A stretch of DNA of 54,141 nt, from NCBI GenBank assembly GCA_023411775.1, contig JAEYOL010000040.1, forward strand, positions 1-54,141, read 5' to 3'. This document shows, in pieces, positions 27,827 through 37,874 of this stretch (position 1 is its first letter; every line of letters begins with the position of its first letter). The DNA comes from Bacteroidota bacterium. Its GTDB lineage: Bacteria > Bacteroidota > Bacteroidia > Chitinophagales > Chitinophagaceae. The notes below the pieces were generated by a model. It searched no databases. It was given only the letters and a program-made list of their open reading frames with translations, and had not been told where the DNA came from. The translations under genes and the position numbers were made by a program.

Positions 27827-27879
27827 CCGCCACAAAATATTTAGGATAAAAATCGGATGAAATTTTAAAAAAGACAAAG

Positions 27880-28149
27880 ATGCCTTTAACAAAAGAAAAA
27901 AAAGCAAGCATTTTCAAAGAATTTGGTGGTTCAGCTACTAACACCGGATCGATTGAAGGCCAGATTGCTCAACTGACAGAACGCATTAGCCAGATCAGTG
28001 AGCATTTGCAACAAAACAAAAAAGATTTTTCAACTCACCGCGGCCTGATGATCATGGTTGGTAAACGCAAAAGTCTTTTGAATTACCTGCAAAAACAAAA
28101 CCTTACCGGTTACCGTCAACTGATCGAAAAATTAGGCATCAGGAAATAA
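27880..28149 (+). CDS. rpsO: 30S ribosomal protein S15
   Basis: NTGSIEGQIA, KKDFST.RGL..MVGKRK.LL.YL; 89 aa. Confidence 0.98.
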   Translation: MPLTKEKKASIFKEFGGSATNTGSIEGQIAQLTERISQISEHLQQNKKDFSTHRGLMIMVGKRKSLLNYLQKQNLTGYRQLIEKLGIRK

Positions 28150-28230
28150 GGCACTGCCCCTGTTGAGGGGAGTTAGGAAGTCTTTTATTCTGAGGTCAGT
28201 CTGAAAAAAGATCAGCATCTATATAAACGA

Positions 28231-28270
28231 TATTCCCAACCTCTTCACTGACGTTGGGAATAACTGTTTT
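28231..28270 (+). terminator. Hairpin between rpsO and pnp (terminator or processing site)
   Basis: TATTCCCAAC...GTTGGGAATA 10-bp stem followed by ACTGTTTT. Confidence 0.5.
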
Positions 28271-28365
28271 TGGTACCGGATATTTTACCACCATTTTGCT
28301 GCGCCCCGCAGCCTCATTCTTTCAATTTGCAGGTCCAAAATTGCTTGCATTAAATTTCGAAAACT

Positions 28366-30531
28366 ATGTTACAACAACCTATTCGTAAAACATTTGATAT
28401 AGGCGGTGGCCGGATGGTCACCATTGAAACCGGCCGGCTTGCCCGCCAGGCCGACGGTGCAGTTACCGTTTCCATGGGCAATTGTATGCTGCTTGCTACC
28501 GTGGTGGCAACCAGGGAACCTAAAGAAGGTCAAAGCTTTTTCCCACTGTCTGTCGACTACCAGGAAAAATTTGCATCTGCCGGTCGTATCCCCGGCTCAT
28601 TCTTCAAAAGAGAAGGTCGCCTCAATGATTATGAGGTGCTGGTAAGTCGTCTGATCGACCGTGCACTCCGTCCATTATTTCCGGATGATTATTTCTGCGA
28701 AGTGCAGGTACTGGTTTCACTGATCTCCAGCGACGACCAGGTACTGCCCGATGCACTTGCCTGCCTGGCAGCATCAGCGGCCCTTGCTGTATCAGATATC
28801 CCCATCAAAGAGATCATTTCTGAAGTAAGAGTGGGACGAGTGAACGGCGAACTGAAGATCAATCCAAGTCGCAACGAAATGGAGAACTCCGACATTGACT
28901 TTATCGTTGCCGCTACTGAGAAAAACCTGATGATGGTGGAAGGTGAAGCCAAGGAATGCAGCGAAGCGGAATTGGTGAATGTACTCCAGGTAGCACATGA
29001 TGCGATCCGACTACAGGTAAAAGCCCAGGAAGAGCTTCGCGCTTTGAAGGGTGTTACAACCAAAAGAGATTATCCCAAGCCTGAGACTGACCCTGCGCTG
29101 GAAGAAAAAGTAACTGCTTTTGCAAAGCAAAAAGTCTACGAAGTAGCCAAAGGTAAATTCAGCAAACACGAACGCAGTGAAAAGTTCTCTACTATAAAGG
29201 ATGAACTAATAGAGCACCTCAAAGCTGGCCTGCCAGAAGGAGAGGAGTTGCCTGACCTGACTAAGAAACTTGCTAGCAATTATTACCACGATTTGCAGTA
29301 CCATGTTGTTCGCGATATGATACTGGACGAGAAAGTCCGCCTCGATGGCCGTGGTCTCGAAGACGTTCGCGCTCTGGATATGGAGGTGGACGTTCTTCCT
29401 TCACCTCACGGATCATCCCTTTTTACACGTGGCGAAACGCAATCTCTTACTACAGTTACACTGGGTACCGCCCTCGACGAACTGTTGGTTGAAAGCGCTG
29501 CTAAATCAACTGAATCTAAATTCTACCTGCATTATAATTTCCCTCCGTTCTCTACTGGTGAAGTGAAAATGATGAGGGGTCAGAGCCGACGCGAAGTAGG
29601 TCATGGCAACCTCGCCATGCGTTCGTTGAAGCAGATGATGCCCCAGGATGACTTCGCATACACAGTGCGTGTGGTTAGCGACATTCTCGAATCAAACGGT
29701 TCGTCGTCGATGGCTACCGTTTGTGCAGGATCGCTGGCACTGATGGACGCTGGTGTTCCCATTCCAAAACACGTATCGGGCGTAGCGATGGGATTGATTA
29801 CAAAGGATGATAAATTTTCCGTGCTGACAGATATACTCGGCGATGAAGATCACCTGGGTGATATGGATTTCAAAGTGACCGGCACCAGGGATGGTATCTG
29901 CGGTGTACAGATGGATATCAAGGTGGATGGTTTGAGCATGGAAGTAATGCAGCAGGCCCTGGATCAGGCACGTCGTGGCCGACTTCATATCCTGGATGCG
30001 ATGTACAACTGCATACCGGCTCCAAACGCAGATGTGAAAGAGCATGCTCCGCGCATGGTGAAGATGTATATCGATCGCGAATTCATTGGTGCCGTGATCG
30101 GACCAGGCGGAAAAGTGATACAGGAAATGCAGCGTGAAACCGGAACGACCATCAATATCGAAGAGAAGAACAACAGGGGAGAAGTGAGTGTATTCGGTGT
30201 TAATAAGGAAGGTGTTGATCGCGCGGTTGCTATTATCAAGGGAATCGTAGCTGTACCTACGGTTGGCGATGTTTATGATGCTACTGTAAAATCCATCATG
30301 CCGTTTGGAGCATTCGTTGAATTCCTCCCGGGCAAACAAGGATTGGTACACATTTCTGAAATAAGCTGGAAACGTCTCGAAACACTGGAAGGTATCGTAC
30401 GTGAGGGTGACACGTTCAAGGTGAAACTTATCGGTACAGATCCTAAATCAGGTAAGTTTAAACTTTCCAGGAAAGCGTTGATTCCAAAACCCGACAGCAA
30501 ACCAAGAGAAGAATCACCAAAAGGTGAATAA
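28366..30531 (+). CDS. pnp: Polyribonucleotide nucleotidyltransferase (PNPase)
   Basis: SRLIDRALRP, RGETQ, SNGSSSMA, GDMDFKV, KH (IGPGGK) and S1 domains. Confidence 0.98.
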   Translation: MLQQPIRKTFDIGGGRMVTIETGRLARQADGAVTVSMGNCMLLATVVATREPKEGQSFFPLSVDYQEKFASAGRIPGSFFKREGRLNDYEVLVSRLIDRALRPLFPDDYFCEVQVLVSLISSDDQVLPDALACLAASAALAVSDIPIKEIISEVRVGRVNGELKINPSRNEMENSDIDFIVAATEKNLMMVEGEAKECSEAELVNVLQVAHDAIRLQVKAQEELRALKGVTTKRDYPKPETDPALEEKVTAFAKQKVYEVAKGKFSKHERSEKFSTIKDELIEHLKAGLPEGEELPDLTKKLASNYYHDLQYHVVRDMILDEKVRLDGRGLEDVRALDMEVDVLPSPHGSSLFTRGETQSLTTVTLGTALDELLVESAAKSTESKFYLHYNFPPFSTGEVKMMRGQSRREVGHGNLAMRSLKQMMPQDDFAYTVRVVSDILESNGSSSMATVCAGSLALMDAGVPIPKHVSGVAMGLITKDDKFSVLTDILGDEDHLGDMDFKVTGTRDGICGVQMDIKVDGLSMEVMQQALDQARRGRLHILDAMYNCIPAPNADVKEHAPRMVKMYIDREFIGAVIGPGGKVIQEMQRETGTTINIEEKNNRGEVSVFGVNKEGVDRAVAIIKGIVAVPTVGDVYDATVKSIMPFGAFVEFLPGKQGLVHISEISWKRLETLEGIVREGDTFKVKLIGTDPKSGKFKLSRKALIPKPDSKPREESPKGE

Positions 30532-30555
30532 GGATATTGTCGGTAGATGATATCG

Positions 30556-30647
30556 AAGGAATTGGGGTGTGACTGAAATGCAAATTTAAACTGCCAATCA
30601 GCACCGATGGTCGACAGACCAGGACAACCCAATTCCTTATTTTTTTA
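30556..30647 (+). repeat. Long-loop inverted repeat with T-tract after pnp
   Basis: AAGGAATTGGGGTGT (30556) and ACAACCCAATTCCTT (30624) are complementary at 14 of 15 positions. Confidence 0.55.
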
Positions 30648-30723
30648 TACCATTCCAATTACATCAGTCACGAAGCGGGTTTGACTTCGTTGATCTTATT
30701 GTCAATTTAACAAGTTCTTCCTG

Positions 30724-31539
30724 ATGAGTCGCTTTGTACTAATCGAATTCAAGGGTATTTCGCAGGAGCAATCAGATATTTTAATCGCTCAATTAAATGA
30801 AGCCGGGTTTGAAGGTTTTGAAGAGACGCCCGGAAATCTAAGAGCCTATATTGATGAAGCAGGTTTTGATGAAATTATTATAGGTGAACTTGCGAAAGCA
30901 TCAGGGATCAGCTTCTCAAAAAGCATTATTGAGGAAACGAACTGGAATCAGCTATGGGAATCGAATTTTGATCCAGTTGTAGTAGATGATTACGCTGCGA
31001 TTCGCGCCGATTTTCATGAGCCGATTCAAAACGTCACTCATGAGATCATTATCACACCTAAAATGAGTTTTGGCACCGGCCACCATGCTACCACAAATCT
31101 AATGATCCGGCAAATGAAAGAGCTGGACCTGCATGGGAAAACTGTTTTTGATTTCGGTACGGGTACGGGTGTGTTGGCGATACTGGCGGAGAAAGCAGGC
31201 GCCAGTAAAGTGCTGGCTGTCGACAATGACCAGTGGAGTTATGTCAATGCTATGGAGAATATTGAACGGAACAAGTGTATAAAGATTAGCATTCAACTTG
31301 CCGATACACCAGACCCCAATCTTCAATTTGATGTCGTATTGGCCAACATTAATAAAAATATAATCCTTACCCACCTTCCTATATTGAGTAAACAAATCCG
31401 GCAGGGCGGTTGTTTACTGATCAGCGGTTTACTTGCCAGCGATGAGGTTGATATTTTATCTGCAGTCAGAAGGGAGGGTCTGAATGTAGTCAAAAAGGCA
31501 GAGAGGGATAATTGGCTGGTATTTAAGCTTGCACCGTAA
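30724..31539 (+). CDS. prmA: Ribosomal protein L11 methyltransferase
   Basis: PKMSFGTGHHATT, DFGTGTGVL and ANIN. Confidence 0.93.
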   Translation: MSRFVLIEFKGISQEQSDILIAQLNEAGFEGFEETPGNLRAYIDEAGFDEIIIGELAKASGISFSKSIIEETNWNQLWESNFDPVVVDDYAAIRADFHEPIQNVTHEIIITPKMSFGTGHHATTNLMIRQMKELDLHGKTVFDFGTGTGVLAILAEKAGASKVLAVDNDQWSYVNAMENIERNKCIKISIQLADTPDPNLQFDVVLANINKNIILTHLPILSKQIRQGGCLLISGLLASDEVDILSAVRREGLNVVKKAERDNWLVFKLAP

Positions 31540-31625
31540 TTTGTGCAGTTTTTATGTTAAATTAACGTAACCCGCTAACTTGTTTTTTTGTATTTTCGTC
31601 ATTCAACATCAACCCGAATAATTCT

Positions 31626-32285
31626 ATGAATGAACTATTAGTTATAGTTCTGGCATATCTGATTGGCAGCATTCCCACGTCTGTATGGGTGAGCCGATAT
31701 TTCTTCAGTATTGATATTCGCGAATATGGTAGCGGCAACGCCGGTGCTACCAATACATTTCGTGTCTTGGGTCCCAAATGGGGAACGGTGGTGATGTTGG
31801 TAGATATGTTGAAAGGTACCGCCGCAGTCTACCTGGTTTTACTTCTTCCCCAATACGCAGATAATGAAACTTTATTTCTAAACCTGCAGATCTGCCTGGG
31901 TCTTGCTGCCGTTTTGGGGCATATTTTCCCAATATGGGCTGATTTCCGAGGGGGCAAAGGTGTGGCCACATTGTTTGGTTTGGTTTTGGGTATTTCACCC
32001 TGGACCGCATTATCCTGCTCCGGGGTATTCTTACTCGTGTTGTTCCTGACCAGGTTTGTATCATTAAGCTCCATCATGGCGAGTATCGCCTTCCCGATAT
32101 TTATTCTTGTTATCTTCAATGTAGACAATCCTATATACCGGGTATTTGCCATTGCCGTTGCGCTGATGGTCATTCTTACACATCAGAAAAACATTGGGCG
32201 CCTGCTTCGCGGCAGCGAAAGTAAAGTGCCTGTACTTAAACACCGCGATCGCCGTCGTCAGCGTCGCCGGGAAAACGCTTCCTGA
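31626..32285 (+). CDS. plsY: Glycerol-3-phosphate 1-O-acyltransferase
   Basis: YLIGSIP, GSGNAGATN, GHIFP..FRGGKGVAT and HQKNIGRL. Confidence 0.95.
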   Translation: MNELLVIVLAYLIGSIPTSVWVSRYFFSIDIREYGSGNAGATNTFRVLGPKWGTVVMLVDMLKGTAAVYLVLLLPQYADNETLFLNLQICLGLAAVLGHIFPIWADFRGGKGVATLFGLVLGISPWTALSCSGVFLLVLFLTRFVSLSSIMASIAFPIFILVIFNVDNPIYRVFAIAVALMVILTHQKNIGRLLRGSESKVPVLKHRDRRRQRRRENAS

Positions 32286-32385
32286 TATTTTGCACCGGGA
32301 AATGCCGTAATTTTCATGTAGCTTTTAAAGCCGGGTTGTATTTTTTTGGTACAATGTTGGATTTTAATTTAAAAACATATTTTTT

Positions 32386-33201
32386 ATGATTCGCAATTTT
32401 TTTCTGGTAGCACTTGTATCAGGTTTACTGATAGCTTGTTCTACAAACTCCATAACCGGTCGCAGCCAGGCGAAACTCCTCCCTGAATCAGAGTTACAGG
32501 CGATGGCTGTGCAGCAATACCAGCAATTCCTTTCGGAAAATAAAGTGGTAAGTTCCTCCGCCAACCGTGATGCGGAAATGGTTGCCCGCGTAGGTAAGCG
32601 TATCACACAGGCTGTTGAACAGTTCTACGCACAAAAAGGATTGTCGAGTGAACTGGAAGGTTATCAATGGGAATATAAGCTGGTTGACAGTAAAGAGGTC
32701 AACGCGTGGTGTATGCCCGGTGGTAAGATCGTAGTATATACCGGCCTATTGCCTATCACTCAAAATGAAGCTGCACTGGCTGCTGTAATGGGCCATGAGG
32801 TTAGTCACGCGATATTTTATCATGGTAATGAAAGAATGAGCCAGGGACTTATACAACAAGGACTTGGTACTGCATTAAGCATTGCTGTGGCAAATAAACC
32901 ACAGGCTACACAAAACATATTTATGACCGCATTCGGTCTAGGAAGCCAGGTAGGTGTATTACTTCCTTTTTCTCGTAAACATGAACTCGAAGCAGACAGG
33001 TATGGGCTGATTTGGACAGCGATGGCAGGATATAACCCCCGCGAAGCAGTTGCATTGTGGGATAGAATGGAAGCAGCGAGTGGCGGACAGAAGCCGCCTG
33101 AATTTCTTAGTTCTCACCCTTCTGAAGGTAGACGTAAAGAGCAATTGGAGAAATATATGCCTGAAGCGCTCAAATATTACAAGCCGGTAGGTAGTAAATA
33201 A
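32386..33201 (+). CDS. M48 family metallopeptidase lipoprotein
   Basis: Lipobox LIAC, NAWCMPGG, HEVSH, ELEAD and FLSSHP. Confidence 0.92.
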   Translation: MIRNFFLVALVSGLLIACSTNSITGRSQAKLLPESELQAMAVQQYQQFLSENKVVSSSANRDAEMVARVGKRITQAVEQFYAQKGLSSELEGYQWEYKLVDSKEVNAWCMPGGKIVVYTGLLPITQNEAALAAVMGHEVSHAIFYHGNERMSQGLIQQGLGTALSIAVANKPQATQNIFMTAFGLGSQVGVLLPFSRKHELEADRYGLIWTAMAGYNPREAVALWDRMEAASGGQKPPEFLSSHPSEGRRKEQLEKYMPEALKYYKPVGSK

Positions 33202-33217
33202 TAGATTTATATCAACT

Positions 33218-33251
33218 AATCCCGTCCAAATGCAGTCTGGACGGGATTTTT
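33218..33251 (+). terminator. Intrinsic terminator
   Basis: AATCCCGTCCA...TGGACGGGATT followed by a T run. Confidence 0.75.
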
Positions 33252-33376
33252 ATTGCATAAACCACCCCCTTTCCCCTCATTTTTACCTATCTTTGCACTC
33301 CCATTAATGAAAACTCTGGCAATGGATGCCCCGAGCCGGCATAATTGTCTGAAACTCTTTAAAATAACTTGAAAGT

Positions 33377-33820
33377 ATGTCTCAAACAGTATTTGAAAAG
33401 TTACAACTGGCAGACGAAAAAAATCTTCTCATTCAGGGTTTGCCTTCCTCCATCGAAAAGCAGTTTAGTAAATTATCCTTCGCAAAGAACATGACCCCGC
33501 TCCTTAAGAACCGGAAAATTGATTTTGCCCTGGTTTTCGCCGTCAATGAAAACCAGTTAAGCGGGATATTAAAAGAAGTAATGCCCTCCTTAAAAGAAGA
33601 AAGCAAATTCTGGGTAGCTTATCCAAAGGTTACTTCCAAGATCGTTACTGACCTGAACCGTGAATGTAGCTGGAATTGCATAACCTGCGAAGGTTATGAA
33701 AGTATCGAACGCGTGGAACTGGATCATGTATGGAGTGCCATGCGGTTTGTTAGGGGAGAAGAGAAAAATGAAGTCAACGTCTCAACCAGGAAAAGGCAAT
33801 CAGCCGCTATCGCCGACTAA
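33377..33820 (+). CDS. Conserved hypothetical protein (WxxYPK motif, DUF3052/YdeI-N-like)
   Basis: 147-aa ORF with FWVAYPK..SK..TDLNR and WSAMRF. TATCTTTG box at 33288-33295. Confidence 0.7.
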   Translation: MSQTVFEKLQLADEKNLLIQGLPSSIEKQFSKLSFAKNMTPLLKNRKIDFALVFAVNENQLSGILKEVMPSLKEESKFWVAYPKVTSKIVTDLNRECSWNCITCEGYESIERVELDHVWSAMRFVRGEEKNEVNVSTRKRQSAAIAD

Positions 33821-33840
33821 TTTTTTGTCATAAACTTATT

Positions 33841-33873
33841 TAGGTTTGTTGTTTCTACAACAAACCTTTTTTT
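33841..33873 (+). terminator. Intrinsic terminator overlapping a -7 box and abutting the next ATG
   Basis: AGGTTTGTTGT-TTCT-ACAACAAACCT with T7 immediately before ATG 33874. TAGGTTTG at 33841-33848. Confidence 0.7.
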
Positions 33874-34392
33874 ATGTCCTTTCTTAATATCGAAATAAAA
33901 GCTTCCTGTGCCGACCCTGATCACGTGAGACGTTATTTACAGGATAATAATGCCTCCTTTAAAGGTGTAGACCACCAGGTTGACACTTATTTTCACACCA
34001 ACCATGGCCGGTTGAAATTGCGGGAAGGGCGTATTGAGAACAATCTCATTTACTACCAACGTAATGACCAACATGGTCCCAAAAGCTCACATTTTAATCT
34101 CGTAAAGTCAGAAGATCCGGCAGGATTGAAGGAAGTATTGTCAAAAGCGATGGGCATTAAAGTTGTCGTTAGAAAAAAGAGGGAGATCTATTATATCGAT
34201 AACGTCAAATTTCATATCGATGAAGTCGACGGACTCGGATCATTCGTAGAAATAGAAGCTGGTAACTTGCTTGCGGATCTCAACAGGGAGCAATTGCAGG
34301 CCCAGTGTGACTATTACATAAAGGGTTTGGGTATCAGGAAGGCGGATATGCTTGATAGATCATACAGCGATATGCTGGGCATGAAGGCATGA
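33874..34392 (+). CDS. CYTH domain protein (class IV adenylate cyclase-like)
   Basis: IEIKA, QVDTYF, RLKLR, KKREIY and HIDEV.GLG.FVEIE. Confidence 0.88.
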   Translation: MSFLNIEIKASCADPDHVRRYLQDNNASFKGVDHQVDTYFHTNHGRLKLREGRIENNLIYYQRNDQHGPKSSHFNLVKSEDPAGLKEVLSKAMGIKVVVRKKREIYYIDNVKFHIDEVDGLGSFVEIEAGNLLADLNREQLQAQCDYYIKGLGIRKADMLDRSYSDMLGMKA

Positions 34393-34413
34393 GCTGCGAT
34401 CAGCACTGGTAAG

Positions 34414-36447
34414 TTATCTTATAATTACCGTTCCCATTTTTCGGGTAATACCGATCTCGGCTTTTTTCAAATGCTCATGTGTCTGGTGAAGGATATCGTA
34501 TTCTTCAGGGGTATGCGTTTTTTCCATGTCTACCTGGTTTTCAAGTAGCATTCTTTTTATTTTTCGAAGCTTGAGATAATTGATGACCGATTCTACTTCC
34601 TCATTGGTTTTATCTTCATCCATTTTTAAGAATCTAAGCAATTCTTTATCGTTGTCTTTAGCGATGGTACGCATAAAGTCCTCGTAGCTTTGTTCAAACA
34701 ATTGCTTTTGAAATCCACTGTCCTGGCTGAATTCGGTACGCCACCGCTCGCTTTCTTCATAAGGAAAATTGAGCAGCGAAACGGCAAATGTGCTGAGCCG
34801 GGTGTCGGGATGATAAATGAAAAAATTCTTTTCGGGAGCGGCCTGGTTTCGCAAGAGCGTTTCGCGGAAAGTATTGAGCAATGCAAGCACATCCTGGTTG
34901 TCGATCAGGCTCTCATCCACCATCTCTTCGAAAATATGTTCGGCCACCAGCGTCTGATCATCCCATTTCCTTATCCCAAATTCCAGGAGTATTCTCGCCA
35001 GTTCCCGCTCCTGCAATTCATCTTTAAATAAGAGGTTATACGTGGCATCATCATAATTTGTCTCCTCCGCCTGCCTTGCATTTTCTTCATGTTTTTTCGC
35101 TTCATCAAATGGAAGCTTTCTTTCCTGGGTGGCGATCCTGTCGCGAATAAATTTGTTGACCAGCGAATGCAGACCCGCCTCATCAATCTTCAGGATCTGT
35201 GCGCATTGCTTGATATAATCCTGCTGTTTAGTAAAGTCCTCGGCTTTATTGATCCGCGCGATCGTTTCAGCCATGCGACTCACTACCTCCGCTTTTTTTA
35301 CCGAGTCGTTGCCCACATCTTTCAACGCTACTTCCAGTTGAAACAGGATAAAGTCTTTTTTATGCTGCTGTACAAACTGGGTAAATGCGGAGGCGCCTAC
35401 TTTGTTTACATAACTATCCGGGTCTTCTTTATCGGGGATCAGCACAAGTTTTACATTCAACCCTTCTTCCAGCGCGAGGTCAAGTCCGCGCAGCGCCGCC
35501 TTTACGCCCGCTGCATCGCCGTCATAAACGATAGTGAGGTTGTTTGTGTATTTTTTTATCAGGCGCAACTGATCTGGTGTAAGCGAAGTACCACCAGAGG
35601 CAACCACATTTTCTATACCGGCCTGGTGCAGGGATACGACATCCGTATAACCTTCAACCAGCAGACATTCATCCGCTTTATCTATCGCCTGTCTTGCCTG
35701 GTATGAGCCATAAAGAATTTTGCTCTTTACATAGATTTCGTTTTCAGGGGTATTGATATACTTTGGCGCCTTATCGTTTGATTTTAAAATGCGGGCGCCA
35801 AAACCCAGCACTTTCCCACTGTGATTATGAATAGGAAAGATCACTCTTCCCCTGTAGTTGTCCGAAAGTTGCTCGTTGCGCATGGCCACCAGGCCGGTTT
35901 TCAGCAGCAGATCTGCATTGAATTGTTTGGCCAGTGCCTCCTTTGTAAAAGCATCTCTTTGCTGTGGTGAGTAGCCTAGTTGGAACTTGCGAATGATCTC
36001 TTCGCGGAAGCCGCGTTCCTTGAGATAGCTCAGCCCGATATCCTGTCCTTCTTCCGTTTCAAACAGAGATCGTGTAAAGAATTGCTGCGCGAAATTATTG
36101 ATGATAAAAAGGCTTTCGGCTGATTGCTGTTGCTGGCGCTGCTCATCTGTTGCGAAAGTCTCTTCAACTTCGATATTGTATTTCTTCGCCAGCCATTTGA
36201 GCGCTTCTACATAGCTGTACTTCTCGTGTTCCATCACAAAGCTGATGGAATTGCCGCTCTTGCCACAACCAAAACACTTATAGATCTCTTTACTGGGCGA
36301 CACCGTAAAAGAGGGCGTTTTTTCATTATGAAAGGGACAAAGGCCCAGGTAACTGGCGCCCCTTTTTTTAAGTTTCACAAATTCACCTACGATGTCTACA
36401 ATATCAATGTGACCCAGGATCTGCTGTATCGTATTTTGAGAGATCAT
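34414..36447 (-). CDS. dnaG: DNA primase
   Basis: CPFHNEKTPSF..CFGC zinc finger, KYINTPE, EGYTD and DGD TOPRIM motifs. Confidence 0.97.
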   Translation of the reverse strand: MISQNTIQQILGHIDIVDIVGEFVKLKKRGASYLGLCPFHNEKTPSFTVSPSKEIYKCFGCGKSGNSISFVMEHEKYSYVEALKWLAKKYNIEVEETFATDEQRQQQQSAESLFIINNFAQQFFTRSLFETEEGQDIGLSYLKERGFREEIIRKFQLGYSPQQRDAFTKEALAKQFNADLLLKTGLVAMRNEQLSDNYRGRVIFPIHNHSGKVLGFGARILKSNDKAPKYINTPENEIYVKSKILYGSYQARQAIDKADECLLVEGYTDVVSLHQAGIENVVASGGTSLTPDQLRLIKKYTNNLTIVYDGDAAGVKAALRGLDLALEEGLNVKLVLIPDKEDPDSYVNKVGASAFTQFVQQHKKDFILFQLEVALKDVGNDSVKKAEVVSRMAETIARINKAEDFTKQQDYIKQCAQILKIDEAGLHSLVNKFIRDRIATQERKLPFDEAKKHEENARQAEETNYDDATYNLLFKDELQERELARILLEFGIRKWDDQTLVAEHIFEEMVDESLIDNQDVLALLNTFRETLLRNQAAPEKNFFIYHPDTRLSTFAVSLLNFPYEESERWRTEFSQDSGFQKQLFEQSYEDFMRTIAKDNDKELLRFLKMDEDKTNEEVESVINYLKLRKIKRMLLENQVDMEKTHTPEEYDILHQTHEHLKKAEIGITRKMGTVIIR

Positions 36448-36465
36448 CTTACTGCTACAAAGGTT

Positions 36466-37611
36466 TTAAACCTTTACCCATGCCTGTTTTTTATTGCTTT
36501 CCAGTATTCTTTCACAGATCAGCAACTCGCGATAACCATCTTCAAAACTGGGGTATGAAGGTCGGCCGGGCTGCTTGCCCGCCGCTACTGCCTGGTAAAC
36601 TTCTTTAAATAATTGTTTCGAGGTATCGGGGAACCCTTCATTATGTCCACCCGGAAAACTCATGATTGCGCCGGCTTCGGGATAGGCCAGGGAAGGATCA
36701 CGCATAATAGTTTGATTGTATCCATCGCGATTGCCGACCCATACCGAATTGGGTGCTTCTGAATTCCAGGCAAATGTCTTCTTTGATCCCGAGATTTCCA
36801 GCCTCAATTGGTTTTTGCGACCTGCTGAAACCTGGGAAACCGTGATGGATCCCCGACTGCCATTATCAAACCGCAAAAGTACGTTAGCATGGTCTTCGGT
36901 GGTAATGGGCACATCAGCATAATCTTCCGGCTTTAGCATTTTCCCGGAATAAGTTTCCACCGGCTTCAATGGCTTTTTCCTTGTTTTATGGATCGTATTA
37001 AAGTCGGCCATTACTTCTGTTGTCTTAAGGCCGGTAATATATTCCAGGATATCCATCAGGTGTGAACCGATATCAGCGATGGCACGTGAGTCGCCAGACT
37101 TGTCGGGTTCAAGTCGCCAGTTATAATCTGTTTCATAAAACAACCAGTCCTGAAGGTAAGACCCGAGTATCGAGTAGATATCACCGAGATCACCTTTTTC
37201 CCGCATAGTCTTCATCTGGCGCACCAGTGGATAGTAGCGGAGGTTAAAATGAACGGCATTTACCAATCCGGTTTTCTTTGCGAGTGTAACCAGTTCTTCT
37301 GCTTCATGAAGATCCTTGGCCAGGGGTTTTTCACAAACAACATGTTTGCCTGCCTCCAGTGCGGCCTTTGATTGAGGGTAATGTAAAAAATTGGGTGTGC
37401 AGATATGAACGCTGGTAATATCATTCATTGCCAGTAATTCGTCGAAGGTACAGGCACGTTCAATACCCAGCTGGGCGGCTTTGGTTTGGGCGAGTTCTGC
37501 CGTTGCTTCGCAAAGCGCCGCCACTTCAATATTGGGTAATCTTCTTAGCGCTTCAATATGCGCGGGGCCAATAAAACCGGTGCCAACCACACCAACTTTA
37601 ATTTTTTCCAT
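36466..37611 (-). CDS. Gfo/Idh/MocA family oxidoreductase
   Basis: GVVGTGFIG, CEKP and DIGSH. Confidence 0.9.
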   Translation of the reverse strand: MEKIKVGVVGTGFIGPAHIEALRRLPNIEVAALCEATAELAQTKAAQLGIERACTFDELLAMNDITSVHICTPNFLHYPQSKAALEAGKHVVCEKPLAKDLHEAEELVTLAKKTGLVNAVHFNLRYYPLVRQMKTMREKGDLGDIYSILGSYLQDWLFYETDYNWRLEPDKSGDSRAIADIGSHLMDILEYITGLKTTEVMADFNTIHKTRKKPLKPVETYSGKMLKPEDYADVPITTEDHANVLLRFDNGSRGSITVSQVSAGRKNQLRLEISGSKKTFAWNSEAPNSVWVGNRDGYNQTIMRDPSLAYPEAGAIMSFPGGHNEGFPDTSKQLFKEVYQAVAAGKQPGRPSYPSFEDGYRELLICERILESNKKQAWVKV

Positions 37612-37874
37612 TACAGATCTTTTTTTTGAATTATATTATGCCGGCTGCCAATACACTAAAATCTAAGTGGAAGGACCGGGGTCAATAAAATTACAGGATA
37701 TTGCCCTTCAGAAAATATTTTTTTAGCCCATTGTCGCCGGTATCAATACTGACGCCAATTACATGAAATAGGCCTTGTTTATGAAGCCCCATACAATGCG
37801 ATGCCGGCTTGTATCAAATATCTTTGAGTAACTTCATTCGTAATAGGCCATTTCTCAAATTCCAGGTAAAGTTT

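Noticed and set aside
27827..27879. S15-binding autoregulatory leader upstream of rpsO
   Set aside because: Plausible by position, but the region is AT-rich and I cannot see a convincing structure without a covariance-model search.
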